A DNA stretch of 64,000 nucleotides from Diplonema japonicum (taxonomy: Eukaryota; Protista; Euglenozoa: Diplonemea), in contig OZ025757.1 of the NCBI GenBank assembly GCA_964019335.1, positions 1 through 64,000 on the forward strand, given 5' to 3'. Shown here in pieces: positions 57,852 through 64,000 of this stretch (the stretch's first letter is position 1; each line of letters opens with the position of its first letter). The position numbers were made by a program, and so were the translations under genes. The notes beneath the pieces were generated by a model. That model ran no database searches. It saw only the letters and a program-made list of their open reading frames with translations, and had not been told where the DNA came from.

Positions 57852-59057
57852 TCACGCGGTGATGCTGTTGGCACCTATGGCGAACTCTTCGCACTCCTCA
57901 CTGTGCCGGGTCTCCCAGGCTATTTTCTGGCACTCCACCGAACAGAAACAAACTTTTTTACACTTGCTACAGATCTTCAAGTTCTCCGTCGCCTTACAGT
58001 TGTAACAGTACTTATCGACCTTCGGCCTGGGCGCCGCGGGTACAGCAGAAGCCCCCCCACCAGACACAAGTACCTTCTGAGCAGCTGGAGGTGCAGGCGA
58101 TGGTGTTGTATCATGTGCATGGGAGCTTGCCCAAGGACGAGGGAAGGAAAGGTAAGGCGAACCAGTTTCACCCCAATTGTGCCCTGTTCCGGGTGTCACT
58201 GCACCACGAGGAAGTTCGCCTTCAATATCGTTCATAGAACGCGAAGGGGGGGGAGTGAAAAAATGCTGCCTTCTCGGGGAAGTACGCGGCGTAGTGGGTT
58301 GCTCTTCACCCCCCATGCACAGATCGGTAGCCTGTGTGTTTAACTTCACAAGCTCGTCATAAAGAGGATGTGCCGTCTCATCTGCCTTCAAAGCCTGAGC
58401 GAAAAGATCAACCGCTGTTTCATACTGCCCCGCTTTCATGGCGACCGTTCCCATTAACATGTGGCAGTATGACAGCAATGCTGGGGTTGGGTTTACGCCC
58501 AGAGAAACAACATCTGTTCTCCCGATCACCTCTAAACAGTCCAGAACTATAGGTTGAAGCGAGCCTCCTGTTGGTGTGGACACTGCCTTGCTGAAGCCCG
58601 CTAGCTTGTTGATCGCTGTCCTGCAATTTTCATCGATTGTGTTTCTGTTCAACATGTTCACATCGGTGTTCGCAGCGTGTGCTGCAAGGACGTGTTCGGC
58701 AGCTTGTGATAGTGCTGGGACGAAAAGGAGGTGGTGTTCGATGGCGGTACTCACCGCCATGACCTTCTTCTGGATCTCCATTAGTTTTTGTTGGATTTCC
58801 TCCCTCTCCCTGTTGTTCTGATGCTGCATGTAAGAAAACTTGGACTCGAGCTTTGTGAGCTGCCCGTCCCAGTGCCTGCCCTTGGTGTTGATCTCTGTCA
58901 TTGCGATGTTTAGGATGTTGGACAGCTCGTCCCTCTGCATGCCCCCGCTCTTTTTCTGCCTCGCCTGCTCCTGTGCAAAACCGTTCGCCTCGTTCCTCAC
59001 ATACTCCGCAGAAAGAAGCGGGGGGGGCTCGTTGATCGGCATCGACATCATGTCCAT
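57852..59057 (-). CDS. MYND zinc finger protein with a TPR-like helix pair
   Basis: CYNC..CSKCKKVCFCSVECQKIAWETRHSEEC. Confidence 0.88.
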   Translation of the reverse strand: MDMMSMPINEPPPLLSAEYVRNEANGFAQEQARQKKSGGMQRDELSNILNIAMTEINTKGRHWDGQLTKLESKFSYMQHQNNREREEIQQKLMEIQKKVMAVSTAIEHHLLFVPALSQAAEHVLAAHAANTDVNMLNRNTIDENCRTAINKLAGFSKAVSTPTGGSLQPIVLDCLEVIGRTDVVSLGVNPTPALLSYCHMLMGTVAMKAGQYETAVDLFAQALKADETAHPLYDELVKLNTQATDLCMGGEEQPTTPRTSPRRQHFFTPPPSRSMNDIEGELPRGAVTPGTGHNWGETGSPYLSFPRPWASSHAHDTTPSPAPPAAQKVLVSGGGASAVPAAPRPKVDKYCYNCKATENLKICSKCKKVCFCSVECQKIAWETRHSEECEEFAIGANSITA

Positions 59058-59165
59058 TTTTTTTTTTTTTTTTTGCTTTGTTGTCGCTCTTTTTTTTGTT
59101 TTTTTTTTTTTTAATGTGGTGGAGGGGGATCTATTACAACGTATATGAAAGATTTTTTTCTCCCC

Positions 59166-59681
59166 TCATTTTTTGGCTCGTTTTGCCTCCGGTGTGCCAG
59201 GAGGGGTGCTTTCAGGTGTGCTGGAGTCGGACCCGTCCGCGGTGGGGTCAATGCCGAGTAGTTTTTTTGCCTCTTCAAGGCGCAAAGCAGTTCTGTTGTC
59301 GGTCTGTTTGCGTAGCTCTGCAGCTGTCCGCTCGGCTCTTTTTTTGAAGTCCTCTTCTGATGTGGAGGATGGCGGTTTTGCCACGGTACGCGTGGCTTTC
59401 TTCGCCTGCCCACGAGCAGATGGGTTGTGGTTTTTTTTATCGATTTCGCAGTAACCCCCCCCGGCACCAGTTCTCGGACCGTTCAGTCCCTCTAGGTCCC
59501 TCACCGTTTTACATTGATTGCAGCTTTTCCTCCTCGCCCAGTTAATATTCCCACAACTGCTGCATTGCCAATCTTCGCAGTCAAAGAGCCCCGTGTGCAT
59601 GCTGTCTGCTTTTTCTTTCCCGATGGCTTGATTCTTTAAAACAACCCCGTTTTTATCAACCTTTACTCCAGGAAACCCCAT
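59166..59681 (-). CDS. RanBP2-type zinc finger protein (ZRANB2-like)
   Basis: GLF..EDWQCSSCGNINWARRKSCNQC..RTGAGGGY resembles the second finger of ZRANB2. Confidence 0.88.
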   Translation of the reverse strand: MGFPGVKVDKNGVVLKNQAIGKEKADSMHTGLFDCEDWQCSSCGNINWARRKSCNQCKTVRDLEGLNGPRTGAGGGYCEIDKKNHNPSARGQAKKATRTVAKPPSSTSEEDFKKRAERTAAELRKQTDNRTALRLEEAKKLLGIDPTADGSDSSTPESTPPGTPEAKRAKK

Positions 59682-61417
59682 TTTCCCCCCTTTTCCCTCG
59701 GAGATTTTTTTTTTTTTTCACATAAGGAAAACGGGGGGGGGGGAAAAAAAGAAAAAAAATTGAGAAATTGAGAATATAAAAAAATAAAAAGGGGAGGGGA
59801 GGGGGCGGGAACAGGGTGATACGGGAAGTAAGAACTATCTTAAATATTATAAGCCCCCCCCCCCTTCTCCCAGCTTTTTTTTTGAATACGAGGGGAAAGA
59901 AAAAAGAAAAAAAAGAACAAATACAATAGTTATGCCCGTCTCCTTTATTTTTATTCCCCACTCTTTTTTTTTTTTCTCTTTTTCTTTTCTTCTTTTTTTT
60001 TCCCTTCCCTCTCATTAAAACAGTCCATCTCAACACAGGCAGTCTTTTAGCGCCTTTCGGCACCCTGTTCTGGTAGAAAAACAATGGGTATCTTCCCAAT
60101 GCTAATTGATGGCCGAAAAAAAAAAACCTCCCCCCAGCCCCCACACTGAGTTAACAAGAAAAAGAGAGAAAGAAAAAAAAAAAGAAGAAAAGAAATGTTA
60201 GAAGAAAATAAAAAAAAAGAAAATATTTGGGTGGGAATGGGAATAAGGGAGTAAAAAAAATAAAAATAAAAAAAAAACTGTACAGGGAAAAAAAAAAAAA
60301 AAAAAAAAAAAGTAAAACTGAGTTCTCTCACCTCCACACGAAGTTTTTTTTTTTTTTTTTTTTTTTTTTTTGTTTTCCATAGTGTTTGTATCTGGTGAGA
60401 AATAAAATTTTAGAAAAAGAAAAAAAAAAGTTGGGGATGGATGGATCAAATGCAGGGATGCGGTGAATTAAAAAAAAAGCTTTTTTTTTTCCCATCGTAC
60501 TTTTTTTCTTAAAAAGAAAAAAAAAATATATATGTATATATGGAAAGCTAGGGTGTAATGAAGAGGAACTGGAACCATTGCTTGTACTGGGCAGAAAACC
60601 TGGAGAAAAGCAAACATGTCCCCTTTAAAAAAGAAATCGCACACACCACCAACAACCAAATTTTCCTTTTTTTTTTTAAATTCTATTTTTCCCCCTTCCC
60701 ACTCTCCTTCCTCGAAACACCTTTCTCTCTTTCTCTCTCCCCCCCCTTCGCACACGCCGCATCGGATTCTTTAAAAGATCAGACGAGCAGCGTACTTTCT
60801 TTCCCGCAGAAAAAAAAATTTTTTTCCTTCTTTCTTTCTTTCTTTCTTTTTTTTTTTCCCCCCCGCTTTTAAAGTAAACTTAACAAAAAATCGTTAGCAC
60901 AACAACAACAAAAAAAAGATCTCTTTTTTTTTTTTTTTTTGAACTATGTTAAAAGGAGAGACAGAACTTACTCAGGAAGGCATCTAACTCAAAAAAAGGA
61001 AAAAAAAGAAAGTTATTAACTTCCTGAACGATTTTCACGGAAAGGAGCGTCAAAGAAGCGTTTTCCTGCTTCTTGGAAAACACTTCTTTGCTCTCCCCTG
61101 CTTGCATGGAAAAGAAGAAGAGAGAAAGAAAAAAAAAAGATCACAAGGTAAGAAAAAAAAAAAGTGTTAGCTTTGGCAAAGAAACAAAACATAAAAAAAA
61201 AGAAGAAAAAAAAAAAAAAAAAAACGAGGTGGAGAGAACATACACTAAATATTTCTTTTTTTTATTTGTTTTTTTTTTTTTTTTTTAATTTGTTTTTTTT
61301 ACAAATTTCTTTTTTTTTTTAAAAAAGGGGGAGGGGGGAGCGGTTAACAAAAAAAAATCTATAACAAAATCTATAACAAGAAAAAAAAAACTCCCCCCTC
61401 CCCCCATATCCTCATCA

Positions 61418-61925
61418 TCACATTCTTCTATTAAATTGATGCAGCCCTGAGGGCCTCGGTTTTGTTTGAGTCCTGGTGACCTTTCGCATCGCCATTTCCC
61501 GTTCTTTGATGGCAATCGTGAGCGGAAGGGTGTGCAAAGGGAGCACGGGGACGGGATTGGCAGATGCGGTAGAATCCAAGGTGAGCCACATTGGTTGGTC
61601 TCTCTGGTCAGAGCCCTTCCGTTTGATCTGTATCCTTGTCAGGGCGTCTGTCTTGACAGATTTAACGACTCTTTTATAATCTGCTAGAGTCCTCGTGCTG
61701 GACCTGTTGAACTGTAAAATAACGTCCCCAGCCCGTAGCCCGGAGCAGTGGCCAATAGAACCGGAATTCACTGATGTAATTGTGACACCTTTGCTCTCCA
61801 CGAAGGCAACAGCAAGCCCGAACTTGCAAACGGGTGCAGCGTTTTTCGTCACAGAGACCGGGACAGCTGATGACAGCTTAGCGGACGAAGCGGTGGACAC
61901 CGTTTTCCCAGAATCGGTAGAGTTC

Positions 61926-61983
<58 letters not shown>

Positions 61984-62299
61984 GGGTGTCGTGTTGCTGT
62001 TGCAATAATTGTTCCACTGTGCCTTTTAGAATCTGGTTCTCGGTTATGACTTCTTTAACAGCTCGGATGGCCTTTTTCAGAGCCCTCTCGACATCGGGGC
62101 CGCCGCCCTCGCTTAGTCTCAGCAGTGACCGTCTCTCCTCCAGTTCTCTCTCCACCTTCTCCCTCTCCCTCACCAGCAGTTCGATCTCATCACGGAGGGC
62201 GGACGACTCGAAGTTAACCTCGACTACTTCCACAGAAGGTTGCCTCACGGCAGCGTGAGATAACTCCTCCAACTCCATACACAGTGCTGCGATAGCCAT
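61418..62299 (-). CDS. Coiled-coil, polyQ and PDZ domain protein
   Basis: FGLAV..GVTITSVNSGSIGHCSGLRAGDVILQFN; CAA polyQ at ~61926-61983. Confidence 0.82.
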
Positions 62300-62504
62300 T
62301 TTTTCTTTTTTTTTTAAAAAAAAAAAAACTTTTTTTTTTTTTTTTGAAAAGGGAAGAAGAAAAAAAAAAAAAAAAGAAGAGAACGGAAAAAAAAAAAATA
62401 AGGAAACAGATATAAAAAAAGGGGGACGGTTTTTCACCGTTTATTACAACACAAAAGATTTTCTCTTTTTTTTTCTCTTTTTTTTTCTTTTTTTTTTTTT
62501 TTTG

Positions 62505-62841
62505 TCACTCCTTGACCATTCTGCTCAATGTGTTCAGTTGCCGTAACTTCTCGCTGATTTCGTGGTTGGTTGCCAGCAGCTCGGACAGCACCCCTCTTGA
62601 CATACGTGAGGCCACCTCGTCTGTTGATGCTCCTAGTTGGTCTGCCCACTGTGCACCACAAGCACTCAGAGTGTTCATTATGGCATCCAACGCATCAGTG
62701 ACCTTACCGAGCTCGCCGCAGAGAAGCGAGTTCTTCTCTTTCCGTCTGCCAGCCTCTTTGCTCAGGTTGGCCGCCTCAAGGGTCTTTTCGTCCAGCTTCC
62801 TGCCGAGCTGTTTTTCCCGCCGTTTTCCGGAGAACACCTCA

Positions 62842-62876
<35 letters not shown>

Positions 62877-64000
62877 CAAAATACCTGTAACTGTTGAACC
62901 TTCCCTTGCGCTGCGGCCAATTTCACCCTCAGATCCTCCTCAACAGATTTATCGTTGTTGTTGTTGTTGTTGTTGCTCCCGTTGCTCTTACGCCATGCTT
63001 TGTTTCTTTTTGGTTGTTGCGCGGGCCGTTTCCGGGCAGGCGGTGTGGAGCTGGACCCCCCTTCCCTCCACCCATGCACGGGTGATTGCGGGGAACTCGA
63101 ATCAGCCGTAAAACAAGTAGACGGTGAAGGGTTCGGCAGGTCGGAGCTGGGACTGGGAGACACCCTGAACGGGCTTTTCTTCCCCGCCGACCTACCAAGA
63201 AGAAAGGGGTCGAGGTGGATCAAACTTGCCTCCAGCACACGAGGCTGCACCGACACATCAAAGGAAACAGTGTGTGCGGTACTGGTGTACTGAAGAGTAT
63301 CTTGGTGGAGACCCTTGCCCATCCACGTTGCGGAGACAGTTGAAAGGATTTTTTCGCAGCCCACTTCTGGCCGCAGGGCCAGCGTAACATGTATCCGAGA
63401 GCCGCATAAGCCTTGATTGGTTCTGTGGCCATGAACAGTGTAGTCCTTAGCTTGCTGCTGAGATGCGTGCTTCACGTGTGCAGTGTGCCGAACTCTGCCT
63501 GCGGTGACATGTTGAAGGCAATGAGGTGGGACCATTACAGTCTTACCGTTGCTGATGAGTGAGATGGTGACGATGCCGTAGCGATGTTCGGAGATATCAC
63601 TGACAATGGCTATCTTGCCTTCGATGTTTGTGAGTTCTTCGCTGCAGCCTGGGTAGCCGTGTACACGTACTTTGTCGCCTTTTTTGGCGGTGGTGATGGG
63701 GTCCCCTCCTAGGCCGAGCTCTCGCTTCACCTTCTCGATTTCTTGTTCCACTTCTGCGATCTCCCTGTGCCCCGCGTCGAGTCGCAGGAGAGCTTCCTTT
63801 TTTTTCAGTAGTTCGTCGTACCTCTTGATGCCCGGTGTGCTCGGTGTTGCTGGTGTTCTTGCGGTTGCAGGTCTCCTGCCAAGTTTTTCCATGAGCTTTG
63901 CAAGATCTTTTTCGGTGTTAACAAGCTCTCTGAGATCGCTCTCCGTCAGTGCCACCAGGGTGTTCCAGTCTGAGATCTCCGCAGCCTTGAAGACATCGGC
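62505..64000 (-). CDS. Hypothetical coiled-coil protein, 5' end outside the window; intron 62844-62884
   Basis: Frame is open to the window edge; a 41-nt GTATTTTG-poly(A)-G intron joins QLQ to GEVFSG in frame. Confidence 0.72.

Overview
Eukaryotic, gene-dense window, most likely from a diplonemid or related euglenozoan (inferred from a trypanosome-type ATP synthase g subunit, about 30 genes all on the minus strand, and GT-AG introns). It begins with a 1.43-kb (TTTGCGGG)n array, followed by a subtelomere-like zone with poly(A), a 26-bp minisatellite, a LINE-like relic and a chimeric S53-peptidase/GH18 pseudogene. A unidirectional run of housekeeping and lineage-specific genes follows (NudC-like CS, Rtf2, ankyrin, DDX24, SKI3, UDP-sugar pyrophosphorylase, ATP synthase g, NFU1, duplicated epimerase with and without FYVE, LRR, PP2C, triplicated PAN-domain membrane protein, PDZ, RRM-like, MYND, RanBP2 zinc finger). 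Main observations: (1) about 18 tiny introns (34-73 nt), roughly half with a poly(A) tract and often an AAG acceptor instead of a polypyrimidine tract; (2) the G-rich telomere-like array points inward, opposite to a normal left chromosome end; (3) two tandem non-coding elements with asymmetric inverted repeats, element-specific iterons and covarying ~110-nt terminal hairpins, plus a third copy lacking exactly the hairpin; (4) a 2.3-kb TIR element with a 3-bp TSD carrying tRNA-like Pol III modules; (5) a decayed piggyBac with intact TTAA/TIR ends. All gene models were reconstructed by eye; no searches were run.
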